Assembly: GCF_031769215.1 (NCBI RefSeq)
Contig: NW_026782083.1
Coordinates: 1,488,001-1,552,000 of the forward strand
DNA: 64,000 nt
Direction of reading: 5' to 3'
Source of the DNA: Ylistrum balloti
Lineage: Eukaryota
This document shows positions 52,132 through 64,000 of this stretch, one piece after another; position 1 is the stretch's first letter; the number at the start of each line of letters is the position of its first letter. Made by a program: the position numbers and the translations under genes. The notes below the pieces were generated by a model. That model was not told the origin of the DNA. It was given only the letters and a program-made list of their open reading frames with translations, and did no database searches.

Positions 52132-52356
52132 GTGACTTTTGCAGAAGGAGAAAAGTTATGCATTGTCCACGAGTTGGAGGATGAGGACAGGAAAGGACAC
52201 TGGGAAGAAGTAGGCCGTGATCGGGATCGATTTAAACGACGAATCGATAAAGTGGAGAATATATTGAGGCCTGTGTTATCGCCAGAAAGAAGAAACATAA
52301 TTTATCAAAGTATTTCACAACGAATCCAACGGGAGACCGATTCACATAATATTTAA
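52132..52356 (+). CDS. Inverted paralogous copy of the PPP1R15 terminal exon (PP1/eIF2alpha-binding module), intact, 74 codons plus stop
   Basis: tttgttgtag|GTG ACT TTT uses the same phase-0 acceptor position. VTFAEGEKLCIVHELEDEDRKGHWEEVGRDRDRFKRRIDKVENILRPVLSPERRNIIY matches the minus-strand exon at 43 of the first 58 residues, with no stops or indels. AATAAA at about 52737. Confidence 0.8.
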   Translation: MTFAEGEKLCIVHELEDEDRKGHWEEVGRDRDRFKRRIDKVENILRPVLSPERRNIIYQSISQRIQRETDSHNI

Positions 52357-52384
52357 TGTTAGTCATTAAAACGCGAAGGGTCCT

Positions 52385-52545
52385 GCTGTTGGAGAAAACC
52401 GGAGTATCCCGAGAAACCCACGTGGTCGGACAATGGATCTTTTGGTATTCGTTCATGGAATCGAACCCAAATAGGTGGCTTTGTGACTTCAGTCTACACA
52501 GGCGCCCTTCAATGCCAGTGCCCCGCACGCTAAACTTTTGATAGC
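52385..52545 (-). mobile_element. tRNA-derived SINE with a V-domain-like core, antisense in the 3' region of the mini-PPP1R15 exon
   Basis: Minus strand shows B-box GGGTTCGATTCC then GTGGGTTTCTCGGGATACTCCGGTTTTCTCC (cf. V-SINE GTGGGTTTCCTCCGGGTGCTCCGGTTTCC). Confidence 0.65.
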
Positions 52546-55500
52546 CAAAAGAATGATGATAACACAGCTTAAAGTATGATTTTTGTATCATATTTAGAAT
52601 ACTGACAGTCGATTCTTTTACGACCTCTGTTTTCTTCTGTAGATTAAACATTGATTGTAAGCCCAACGCGATATCAAGTAGGAAATCCCAATGGCAAGAT
52701 GCTCGTTCATATAAAGTTACTGGCGGGAAAAATTCAATAAATGTCAAAGGTAATCAATTATATTTATGTATGGTTCTTCGCGAGGAGTTTATACCACTAC
52801 TAACACCTATATATGTATATTAGTACAGGAACCAAATATGGCGTGGAAATACATTTCTGAATCGATGCCACTACCTGTTCACACCATTAGAGCCACAGAA
52901 TCTACAGGTTCAGTGAGCTATGAACTAATCTCCCATGTGATTCAACAAGTTCTCTCGGAGTTTCTCGAAACTCTAGGGGTTATGATCGCTTTCGCTCTCT
53001 GCACCCCAGGAACATTCCATTGCAAAATGGAAGGTTCCCTGCGTGACATGTTATGGATGAGACAAGAAGACTACTACATCAAACGAATCTCAAGGTCGTA
53101 AAACGATATATTGCGTTGATTTCCAAATTTCTGAAACTGCCATGCTAAATAAAAAACCGAACAAGTTGACGATGACATTTGTTGAAAATGCTTATTGCGG
53201 TTTTTAGTTACTTTTTAAAATACATAAATATTTATCATTAATTCGCGCTACTCGAGTCAATTCAAGATTTGTAATTCCGTAAATTAACTTTTTATTTTGA
53301 AAAAAAAATGAGTAAGATTTTAATGATATCGACTTGAAATGGCAACAAATTTTGAAATAAGTTAAAATTGTGCTTATTATGTCGTCAGTCTGACGCCCCT
53401 TAAAACAACTCGTCTCAATGACACTGCAGCCCAAGTTACAGAGAATGGACCTGAACTATGTTGGGATGATGTACTACTAGGTTTGCTCAAATGAATTACG
53501 TTTATGTACATTCAATATCAGTGCTATTAAATATCTTAAAACCTCGTAACAAATTACTTTCAATAACTAAGAGACCAATATTGGTCTGAAACATCCTAGA
53601 AGATACCAGTTTTGTTCAAACGATTGTCCTCCACCCAATCTCAAAGTCACATAATTCAAATGCGTTAGACTTTTAAGCAACCTTTTTTTAATAACAAAGG
53701 GAAGAAAAGTACTGATATAAGGCCTGTGACTTGTTGGGATGAAGGACTACCAATTTTGACTTCGAATGACCTTGACCAAAAAACGCATTGAAGCGTATTA
53801 TCCCGGTCCGAATCATTCTGAACTTCAGCCGATTTTTTTTTTTATATATATATTGACCGTTATAAAAAAAAAGTCGATAGAATTCGGACTAGTATGATAC
53901 TTCTTTCTTTGGAAAAAATCTCGCAATGTTTGGAAAATGTGATGTTGACATGTTTTCAGAAACAATTGTTAAGATGAATTTGACGTTGACCACTTCGTGA
54001 TCTGAATGGCAATTGGTTTACTAGTATATACGGATGTTTATCTCCCTTACCTGGACCAGATCTACCTTGTCCGCTCAAAAGCCGCATTAGATGTAAAATC
54101 TGTTAAATAAAACGATTTACTACACAGTCCACGAAATACCTATCACTATCAATGTTTGCCTCTGCTTGTGTCCATTTTGTTCACGTCTACAGGTATATCG
54201 TACCATTGCATATGCGTGTCTTTTAAACTTTTTAACACCCACCAACCTGACTAACATCTTTATTCCTGGAACTATCATACTACACATATTTATATCTGAA
54301 CCTAAAGATTACGACGTGCTATATTTAAAGGTACTTTCAGTTCCTTGTGCATCAATGTTGTGAATTCCGTTAGGCCCAGTGTTATTGAAAGCAGAGCACT
54401 TCAGCAATCAGAATGGTTATACATTGAACCACACTATCTAAAATCAGGGAACATATAGATTCTTAGATGACAGATGATGTTTTTGTGGATTTTCAGAATT
54501 ATAGCAAATTATATATATATATATATACTAGGGTAAAATCTAGTTTCATTTCGGCTCTGGATATGTACTATGCCCAACTATTTTTTCTTTTTTTTTCAGC
54601 ATTAATTAACCACACCCATAGTTTTCATGCCAAAGCAGTTTTGTTAATTACACCGGGTGTATTAATCTGATCTTGATTGAACACACACTAATAAATTATC
54701 ATACCTCAGACAATTGATTTTCAAGATTGTGTGTCAAAATCAAGGTCACCATTCATATTTTCTAAAAATCATTTAAGTGTCATGTAGCGGTGTTATTTAT
54801 GAGGATTTTGATCTTCCTTGCACACTTACAAATGGCTAAAGAAATCTGAAATGAATCTGTGCCATCCTACCCAAAGAAACAGATCCACATTTTTACATAT
54901 GCTATCACCAACAAAAACAGGTACAATAGTTGAAGTTTAAATCTTTTATTTATTTTAAAATATTGTATTGATTGAGTACCAGTACACAGCATTTGAATGA
55001 AATCTTACTAGTAACAATTTCAAAAATGATTTAAAATCACAGGTTATTATCAACCCCAGGAAATTAGGATTTCATATATGCAAGACATAAAACACACTGG
55101 TAACTAAATAAGAAAGGGGATTTATTGGATAGAGTTCAGCATGAATTTAAGTTTCAATCCCAAAGGTAATTACATGTTCCATATAGACCAAGAAGATAAC
55201 CTGTAGTTCCTTTGTGTCTGTATATTTCAGTAACTGAAATGCTTCTGACATGATATCTTGGTGTCATGTAATTGTTATATAACTTATTAAGTATATTCAG
55301 CTTTTGATTGGTTAGAATAAATGCTACTTTAGAATCTATAATGGTGTAGTTAAAAATAAAATTAAGAGATTTTCATCCCCTTTGTTAATAGGTAAAACAT
55401 TTCCAAGACTTTCCTGACAACCTGCAAAATTAAACTATTTCCTGTTAAAACAGAAACAGGCTCTTAATCTCTCAAGATTCACAAGATCTAACCACTTATG

Positions 55501-56050
55501 ACCACCACACCTTCATTTTCCTTTATCTTCAGCTTTTCACCATTACATCAAGTTGTCTCAATGACCCTGAATTCGCTTGTTCTTAGGACGTAAATAACTT
55601 ATTTTAATTATCTTTCTTTTCTTTAAATCAGAATTGAGTCTTGGTCATTATCAATCCCAAATAATACTACAGGGAATTCTTATAGAATACTAATGCTATC
55701 ATCACAGAATGTTTTAACTAAACATCTTTGCTGTTGTCAGGAGGTTCATATTGGAATCAAAGAGATACTTGATGCAGTATTTGTATGGAAACAAGGCGGA
55801 CTATTTCATATCTTCAATCTGCGTAACTTCCTTGACATTAATTTCAATTTCCACTGTTTTGAAGCAAAAAATAAATAAACTGTTTTTCAAGAAGGAATTT
55901 AACAATCTGATAAGCTTTTATAAAATAAATCATTGTAAGTGGGATATTCAAACAAAATAAATAAAATCAGAAAGGAAACAAGTTCTTCAACGCAGGTGTC
56001 CCAAAATGATGTACTGGTATCAATCACAGTATTAAAAATAAACTTAATAT

Positions 56051-58481
56051 CTAATGATCATTCACAAGATGGTATCCCTCCAATTCTGTTTTAAAATATC
56101 TATCATAAATAATATCTCTCCTCTCTGTCGATAATACAGGCTTTAATATTTCCTCTACTTCAGCAATCCGTCGTTGAAATCGTTCCCGATCACGAACAAA
56201 TTCCTCCCAGTGTCCTTTCCTATCCTCGTCCTCCACATCATACACTGTACATAACTTGTCTCCTTCCGCAAAGGTTACCTGCAAAAAGTCCAGAATCAAT
56301 AAACAAATTGTCTTTTTTTAATGAATGTAATATTATGAAACATTCTTTTCTTGATTTTCTTTTTCTGCAAAGGTAAGTAAAGAGTTTACAACCAGTATTG
56401 GTCATTAAATATATATATTACAGATTTCTTTATCAAAACCAGCAGACTTTTTCTTATCTTCAAATCTCAAAAAAGTTCACTTTTGTTTGTGAATAGACAC
56501 ATCCATCCAAAATAAAGCAGGAAAGATAATATCAAAATACGTTTATGAGTTTGCTGAGAGTTTGTATTATTTATGAACTTTTTACCTTTGTTTTAGATTT
56601 TTCCTGATGACTAATGGAAAAGTTCATGTTCCATTTAATGTTGACATCAAGTATTTCTTGTTCTCTTTCTTCACTTTCAAAACTTTTGGTAGGACTAGGT
56701 TCCTGACAGGGAGCATTAGTGCAAGTTTTATTTACTGGACAAATCACATTAAGTTGTAATGGACAAGTAAAAAAGTCAAGTTCATGATCTTCATCTTCAC
56801 CATCACTATCAGAAAAATCATCACCACTGCTTTCTGAAAAACTATCAGATTCACTATCAAATGACACAAGAAAGGAATGTTGCTTCATTGAACTGGAAGG
56901 CGAGTTGTTTGAATCAATACCGAGTACAAAAGCAACAGTATTGGTAGGCCCCAGTTTTGTAGTTGCACTTGCTGTCTGAGAACTGTCTTTACAATTTTTT
57001 TCCTGGAAATGAGTTTTTTGGGAACCAATTCCTATATGATAGCTCTGGATTTCAGTTGGATCTTCTTTTCTAGCCTTTGAACGTCTTCGCTTCTTTGCTG
57101 ATGGACGACATGATCCTTTTTTATTATTGTTTCTGACCAAGAGTACAAACCTTCTTTCACAGTCTTTATCTAAATGTGATGGTTCACTTTTCTTTTCTGC
57201 ACAATTTGTACTTTGTTTTGAATCTGTAATTGTCATTTTAACACTATCACATTGATCATCTTTTGTGGCAGGCTGGTTTTCATTTGATTGAATTTCTAAG
57301 GAATTTCCACTGTCTTTGTCTTTATTCACTGAATCCTTTTCCTGAATCCTGCATGTTACATGAAACACTGTGTCATCTGGTTGGAAAATATCGCTTAAAA
57401 CAGATGTTTCTCGTTGTAAAGTTTTGTTGTTGACACCAGACGAGTCAGCAGATGGTTCCGAGTCCAAAGAGAGAGTCCTAACCCTAAAACCAATTCGCTG
57501 AGGAATATCTGACCCATCCAACTCCTCTGATTGACCACATTCAAACCAATCCACAATTTGCACTGACGCAGATTTTTGTCCATTGCTGCCTTTGTCATTT
57601 TCTTTGTCTGTGGTGGTAGGGACTTCAGACTGATCATGCTTTTCCACTTTAACATGCAAGTCTTCATGTAATTTTTCCTGATTTGGCATTGCACATTTAA
57701 TGTTTATCACAGGTTTTTGAGTTTCTTTAACATGATCATTGACTTCTTTGGAATGTCTCAAAGTATGACTAGAACTATCACTTTTATGAGAAAGTTCTGA
57801 TTTACTTTCTATTTTGTCACAATGGACTTGGCAATCATCTCGCCAACTTTTTTCTTGTGACGATTTTCTCCAATTAGTACAATCACTAGGGACTCTATTG
57901 GGCAGAAATGAATTTCTTGGACTGCAGTTGGGCCTATGGCCATCATAATGCTGACGTCTTGGAGAAGCTCTATATGAGTATCGCTGTCCAAGGTGATTAC
58001 CTGTCATTGCTGGGTGGAATCCATTTTTCTGATACTGAAAGTTTTTGAAATCAGGATTATAAAAGTGAGTTGATTTTCTTATATCTGAAAAGGCACAACT
58101 ATTAGGTCGGGATGATGCTTTCCTATAACAGCTCCAATGTGGAGCAGAGCCCCATTGTGAAGATTTATTGCGTTGATTCATAGTTCTTTTATGTTCTATC
58201 TGATTCAACAGAAAATCACTATCCATATTCATTGGCATAACGTTCGATGTACTTCTGCAATCCATGAACCCTTTATTGGTTACTGGTTCCATTCGTCCGT
58301 GTAATTTCAATGCTGAGTCAATTAGGGTACCCATGTCCGATATGTATCGGTCAGTCGAACAACTGTCTGATGTAATTTCACCTGTACTATCTAACCGCAA
58401 AAACGGTTGAGTTACGTGACCTTTTTCAGGTGCGGGGTGGTTTTTGCCCTTACACCGCCATCTTGTCCCATATGGATTCAT
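56051..58481 (-). CDS. PPP1R15B: Protein phosphatase 1 regulatory subunit 15 (GADD34/CReP family), 707 aa, two exons (58481-56586, 56278-56051)
   Basis: The 632-codon low-complexity exon 1 has an acidic PEST-like tract (SDSFSESSGDDFSDSDGEDED) and ends ACA AAG|gtaaaa. Exon 2 starts tttttgcag|GTA ACC TTT, creating the RVxF motif KVTF followed by DEDRKGHWEEFVRDRERFQRRI, the eIF2alpha-binding motif. This closely matches CReP (KKVTF...DEDRKGPWEEFARD). A versus B orthology cannot be resolved, and the start codon is uncertain. Confidence 0.88.
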
Positions 58482-58490
58482 AACACAACG

Positions 58491-58860
58491 CTATTTAGTC
58501 ATCCATCCTGTTTCAACGGCTTGATATACGTTGATAATAAACATGTTGTACATAGGAAGAATAACAAAGTCATACATAGAAACACTTTCACACATGGTAG
58601 ATACAAAGTTATGAAAGTTCCACTTGTGTGTATCGTCGAGCGCGGGACTTGTCCTAAAACCTTGTTGAATATACTCACTCAGATCAAGAAATCCGCTATT
58701 CAAAACACTCTTACAACTGTATGACTTCGTTGAATATGTGGATGATGTTCCTCTGTTCACTTCCGAATTCATCTTCGTAAAATATAACTTCAGTATTCTC
58801 TGGTTACGACAGTAAATATGACATACTTGTTCTTTTACTCATGTTGTGATTAAGGTTCAT
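58491..58860 (-). promoter_or_regulatory. uORF cluster in the PPP1R15 leader
   Basis: uORF 58860-58804 (MNLNHNMSKRTSMSYLLS*); 93-aa ORF 58772-58491 in frame with the main ATG and stopping 9 nt before it; micro-uORFs MDD* (58506-58495) and MTK* (58502-58491). Assumes the TSS lies near 58890 (TATATA at 58922-58917). Confidence 0.55.
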
Positions 58861-60837
58861 GTTTATTCTAAAAATAGTATCTTCCCGGAAGTTCGAGAAT
58901 CTGCGTTATCTCGCACTATATACATACGCGTAACAAATAATCCACCAGTAAAATAACCAGTGTTTCGTCAAATGACCAGTCAGACAAGAATATGGTTTAT
59001 AACTTCATCATCAATATGATGTTAATATAATTTTAAAAATTCTGCTAATCGTAGACATTTTTTTTTATTATTTTCGCAAAAGGAAAACGCATTAATTTCA
59101 ACTTGACGTTTTGCTAAGTTTAGATTATATGACCAAGGTTAAGGACGTATGCTTCGCATTGCATCAGATAGAAGGTAGACAACTTGTGTAATTACATAAG
59201 GTTTTGCCAAAAGGAAAAATAATTTAACTATCTAGACTGCATGTTTAGTTTAATGTAACTAGATCTTTAATGTTAATAACATGATTTAAAAAAAAATCAA
59301 GAATCCTGTGAAAGAAAAACCGGCTTGTAATTCACTGGATGAAGGATTGCATTTCTTTCTTCCATTGATCCATTAATAAAACGGTAAGGCCCAAGTTCTA
59401 TCTCCAAGTTGCGGATATCTTTAATTAACCATAGTTTAAGTGATCACACAAATTTAACAAATATTATGTCGTCATCCATTGTGAAAATCATTCTTCAGAT
59501 CTGTTAAATTTAACATTCATTAGAACGGAGGAAGATTGCAACCTGATTAATTTAGTATTCTTTGGCTAATTTTTGTAACGTATACAACTATAATTTCGTC
59601 ATATCTATGTTGTTATTGTAGGTCATCAAATCTCACACGTAATTGTAATAATAAAGTTGAATTGAAAAACTAACGTACATGATATGGGTCTTAGTCTTGG
59701 CAGGCGCTTTTTAAATGTCATTAGTATGAGGCGCGAATCTAAAGTTAGTGAGAAATCCTTAACAAGGCAGTGAAGCGCATCAAATTATCATAAGAAAGTT
59801 ACACAACGTGTATGATTTGTTGCAAAGGCTTAAATACGACATATTCCGTAGCTCAATTAGAACACGCTAGCATGTACAATATTAATCTTTAGCGGAGATC
59901 CGATTCATTGAGATTTTAAGAAAAAGAAAACACATGACATGCTACCAACGACTCTCTTTTCGATGCCGAACGAACATATATGTACGAAAATTAGACGAAA
60001 CATCGGGTCACAAATTATTGATAGCAAAATTAAGATTTGTACTAAAATGATACACACATTGATATCACAAGTCTGAGATAATTATGAAGTCAGAAATTTA
60101 TTATATAAAAGGGCAGAATTGCGGTGAATATTTAGGACGCACTTTCGCAGAAATTTCTGACGAAATTCTTTGGCTATCAGTACAGTGCGCACGCAAATGA
60201 CATCGATGACGGCGGGAAATATTATTAATTCCAAATATGAAATATTTTTAACAAAAAAAAAAAAAAAAAACCCACGCACACACAACTACAAACTGATAGA
60301 ATACACATGCACAAGGACACGGGACCAGATATGATTTTTGATTAGTAAATTGCCTCTAGGAGGAGGTGAGGATGGCTGGGCTGTAAATTTAAAAGAATAC
60401 CACTGTTGTTTGGGAGAAAGGATGTGAACATTTTATAGGACGAGTAAGAAATCCGATTTTGATGAACTTCTTTTTCTTATTTTTCAGCACATGCGTATGA
60501 ATTTTGTCTGCTTGATTGTCTCGTTTTCACTACTCGGAATCAGGGACGTCTAATTGTAATACAGCTTATATAAGTAATTTATTTAAAACGAGATATTTTG
60601 AATGTTTAAGAAGCGACGTCACTGTATGAAATTATAACACTTAAGAGAAATTGGTCAATATATTTCGTCGTTTCAAATAAAAAAAAAAGCTAATTATAAA
60701 ACATAATAGATTAATACTTCTAGATTGCTTGTTAAATGTTTGTGTGTGTGTTCGGTGCAAATAATAATCATAATGAGTAAATAATGGACGCAGGCAAAAC
60801 AAATGCCTCTATATCCATAACTTTAGGTGTAATAACT

Positions 60838-61090
60838 GCACCATTCAAGTTTGTTTTGAGTCACAACAACCAAAGAAAGGAATCTTTAAAAATATCAGAA
60901 AAATAAGAAATCATAGTCAACTTTCCTCAATAGGAATAAGAAACGACTTAACACAATGTGAAAGAGAAGCAGAGAAGGCATTAGAAAAGGAAGCGAAGCA
61001 GAAAGAAAACGATGAAACGGAGGATTATGTATACCGTGTCTGTGGACCGCCTTGGAGTAGAAAAATTGTGCGCCTTTCCAGAATCAATAT
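60838..61090 (+). mobile_element. CR1/L2-type LINE ORF1 C-terminal fragment
   Basis: Open frame without an ATG: TIQVCFESQQPKKGIFKNIRKIRN...IGIRNDLTQCEREAEKALEKEAKQKE...YVYRVCGPPWSRKIVRL, typical of ORF1 tails (DLTxxERE...Y.VRGPPW.RKIV). Confidence 0.65.
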
Positions 61091-64000
61091 ATACAGAGGA
61101 AATTTTAATGTCTTTTCAACTTTTAAATAGTGACATGTTTTTGGTATTTAGTATTTAATTGACTATACATATGTAATAACTGAGAATCTTAGAATTTGTG
61201 TAGGAAATATCTCCTGATCATCATATAGATTGAAAATTCCGTCCTAGCAGCCTAAGATTCGTTTTACTATGTCCGTGCTTGTACGGAGTGACGAGATCAC
61301 GTTCCTATGTTATCGCGAAAAGACCGAATGTTACAAAACAAAAATAAAAGATATGTGTTTGAGCACAAGTCGGCATGATCTTAATTTATGCAAGACAGTC
61401 TAAGGGAGATAACTCATATAAGATTTTTAAAAAATTGCACAAATGAATAAATAGTACACGTAACTGAAGACAAAAAGTACAATTCCCCTCGCATCTCCAC
61501 ATTGATTTAAGCGCAATAAAGAAGATGGATGATGGTATTAAGTCTAATAACGTTCATTAAGGAATGAAGTCACGAAACATCTGACATCTGACAGAAACTT
61601 TGACTTTCACCCTATTTAGGACACTTGGAATTCGATGTTGTCCAAGATTTAATGATTCTTCGTAAGTGGGTTATGTTTGACAAATTCATCAAAACATGAA
61701 GCCGTTAATAGTGCTAACATGGCATTGGGGAAAAATAGTGACCTGGACTCTAGACCTCTGAAATTCGAAATCACCACACATGTAATGGCATTCCAGAAGT
61801 GTGTTAAGTTTGATGAAAATCCATAGAAAAATTAAGCTACTACAGCTGACAGGTTTTCCGTAACAAGAGGCCCAATGTGCATTCATCACTCACCTGGTGT
61901 TAATATCACAAAAGTATTGAAATGTACACCAACGACATTCAAGTCGGCACATCCAATCAGTTTTAACCAATATTCACAACATAAAGACTCAACTCCATAC
62001 ATAGACATTTATGAACCAAATTATATGAATTATAGGTAAATTTCATTTCCTTTTTCGATTTTTGTTTGGACTTCAGCCTAGAAACACCTTTCCACCAAAT
62101 ATCATGTTTTTCGGAATCCATCTATCGCCGAGATGGACATTAAAGCAATGGTGTCAAAATAACCTCGCGTTCTATCACCCTTGTACAAAGTGTCAATAAA
62201 CATTAGACATGAATATGACATAGCCCTGGTGACTAAGAGCGAGCATTCTTCGTTCTTGGATTTTCCAGGAAAGTAATTCTTTCCAAATGGGTTGTAAGTC
62301 CTTGGAAAAGCCAGGGTAATATGAGGACAGGTGTTAAATGGGATACCCAAAAGTAGTAACACAACATTTAAAAAATTGCAAGACAGAAAAAAAAAAAAAA
62401 AAAACAGAAAAGGCTTTTTATTTTTAACAAATCTTTTTTTTGAGAAATTCATTATCTTTCTGATTAGCAGCTTGCAAATGAACAGAATCCCTGGATTTCT
62501 GAAACATTGGAAGATTCTCAAACGTTTTTTAAAAACACATTTGACCCTGTAATCTTGAAAATACATCGGTCATAATCTTAAGAACTTTTAGAACACTATA
62601 CCAGGTAACTTGCATGAATTTCAATGAATAAAATTTGCCATCATCTAAATACTTGATTCCATCAAGATCGAAGCATTTAACATTTTAATAATGCTTACAA
62701 CAGATAATAACAAAGTTGAGGTATTTCATTAATACTTTATTATCCTTATGTAAAGGTCATACCAATAGGCTGTAACTTGTCAATGGTACCATGCATAAAA
62801 TGGTCAGCCTGTTTAGTTTTTGGCATGTAAACCACCCTTCCTTTTTAGTTTTGTACAATTCCTCAGAATACTACATAACGTGGAGATGGCAGCTGTTGCC
62901 AAAATTCAAACATTTGCACAATGTGTAGGTTAAGCTATGGGTATTCTTGTAATAATCATTATAACATACTTGTAAAGCTTAAAATCATGTGTGATATGGG
63001 AAATCATAATGCTAAGGACTCAACAACGTACAGCCTTTTTATCTAATATATCTCCTTCATTCAGGTCCTAGCCTCATAAGGTCACACTTGTGTGACAAAA
63101 AGCTCTTCAATAATTTCTCAAGTTGTGCAATAACCTTATTCGTCACAAAATGTCTGCATATAAATATTAAATGTAAAACAGAATCAATGATTGCAGCCTG
63201 TTTGCTATTATGTGTGTGGAGGGGAAGAGAAAGTCAAATCTCGAAATACTGGAAATGAATACAAACCTGGAGATATTTATAAAGATTTGTAACTTGGAAA
63301 AAATGGACCAAGCTCATGAAGAAACGTGATGAGAAGATTCTATTCCTACAGAAAAACATGATCGCGAAAACTGGTTACACCAGGCAGGACTTATACAAAC
63401 GAGTGAAATATAGCAGAATCAATTCCAACATTTTTACACATATCTTAAATAAATGTTTTTTCTTTGTATTACACTTTCATAAATTCATCAGTTTACTCAG
63501 TCAGACTGAAGTAGATAAAAGATTGTAAATATTGTACATTTCTAACGTCAACCACTTGCAAGAAGAGTATTGTAAACTCACTGTGTCATTTACCTTAAAT
63601 AGTCTTTTATCATCATTATTATTATTATTTGTTCTTCTTGAACGGTAAATGGTTTTATCAAGGATTAATTTGAAATATTTTCCCTCATATACCAATGCAA
63701 AATATACAATGTTTCGTAGAACATCGGAATTAATCTCATTCACCTAAAGTTTACATGATGTAAAGTTAAAAGAGATATTAAAAACAATTGTAGTCCTGTG
63801 TGGTACTGGTGTCTGGTTATTTTTTCGACAGGTAACACTTTGATAATGATGGGCAGTTGTTGCAGGAACACACAACCAGTAGTAATGTTGTAAATACATA
63901 TGCAATCACATTTACAATGCTTGTCTCACTCTGAATGAGTTGTAGGATAAAAACTAATCACAAATAGTTAGGATAATGAGATGTCCACCATGAGTCACAT

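Noticed and set aside
52940-53050. LINE endonuclease start (SILQWNV) on the minus strand
   Set aside because: Only one short motif matches; the downstream APE motifs are absent and a stop follows within about 30 codons.

Overview
AT-rich eukaryotic genomic DNA with GT-AG spliceosomal introns, probably from a mollusc (bivalve-like, inferred from the repeat types and not proven). I found no prokaryotic features or CRISPR arrays. Genes reconstructed by hand: (1) a two-exon MFHAS1-like LRR-ROC-COR gene (+, 10521-15693, about 1170 aa); (2) the first seven coding exons of LMF2 (-, 24097-18964), whose 3' half I could not find in the window; (3) a complete 19-coding-exon NCAPH2 (+, 25398-36026, 631 aa), head-to-head with LMF2; (4) an intronless, divergent class-B-like 7TM receptor with no ectodomain (-, 42354-41356); (5) a two-exon PPP1R15 (GADD34/CReP-type) gene (-, 58481-56051, 707 aa) with a uORF-rich leader; (6) an inverted, intact paralogous copy of the PPP1R15 last exon (+, 52132-52356). 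The copy could encode a roughly 86-aa minimal PP1/eIF2alpha adaptor resembling the viral DP71L/ICP34.5 modules, and this is the most striking observation. Repeats: a TRIM-type LTR element with a tRNA-Thr-like sequence in its LTRs plus a solo LTR with a 4-bp TSD, tRNA-SINE remnants, two LINE fragments, a TA-flanked MITE, a 3.5-kb 41-bp satellite and many minisatellites, three of which duplicate NCAPH2 splice sites.
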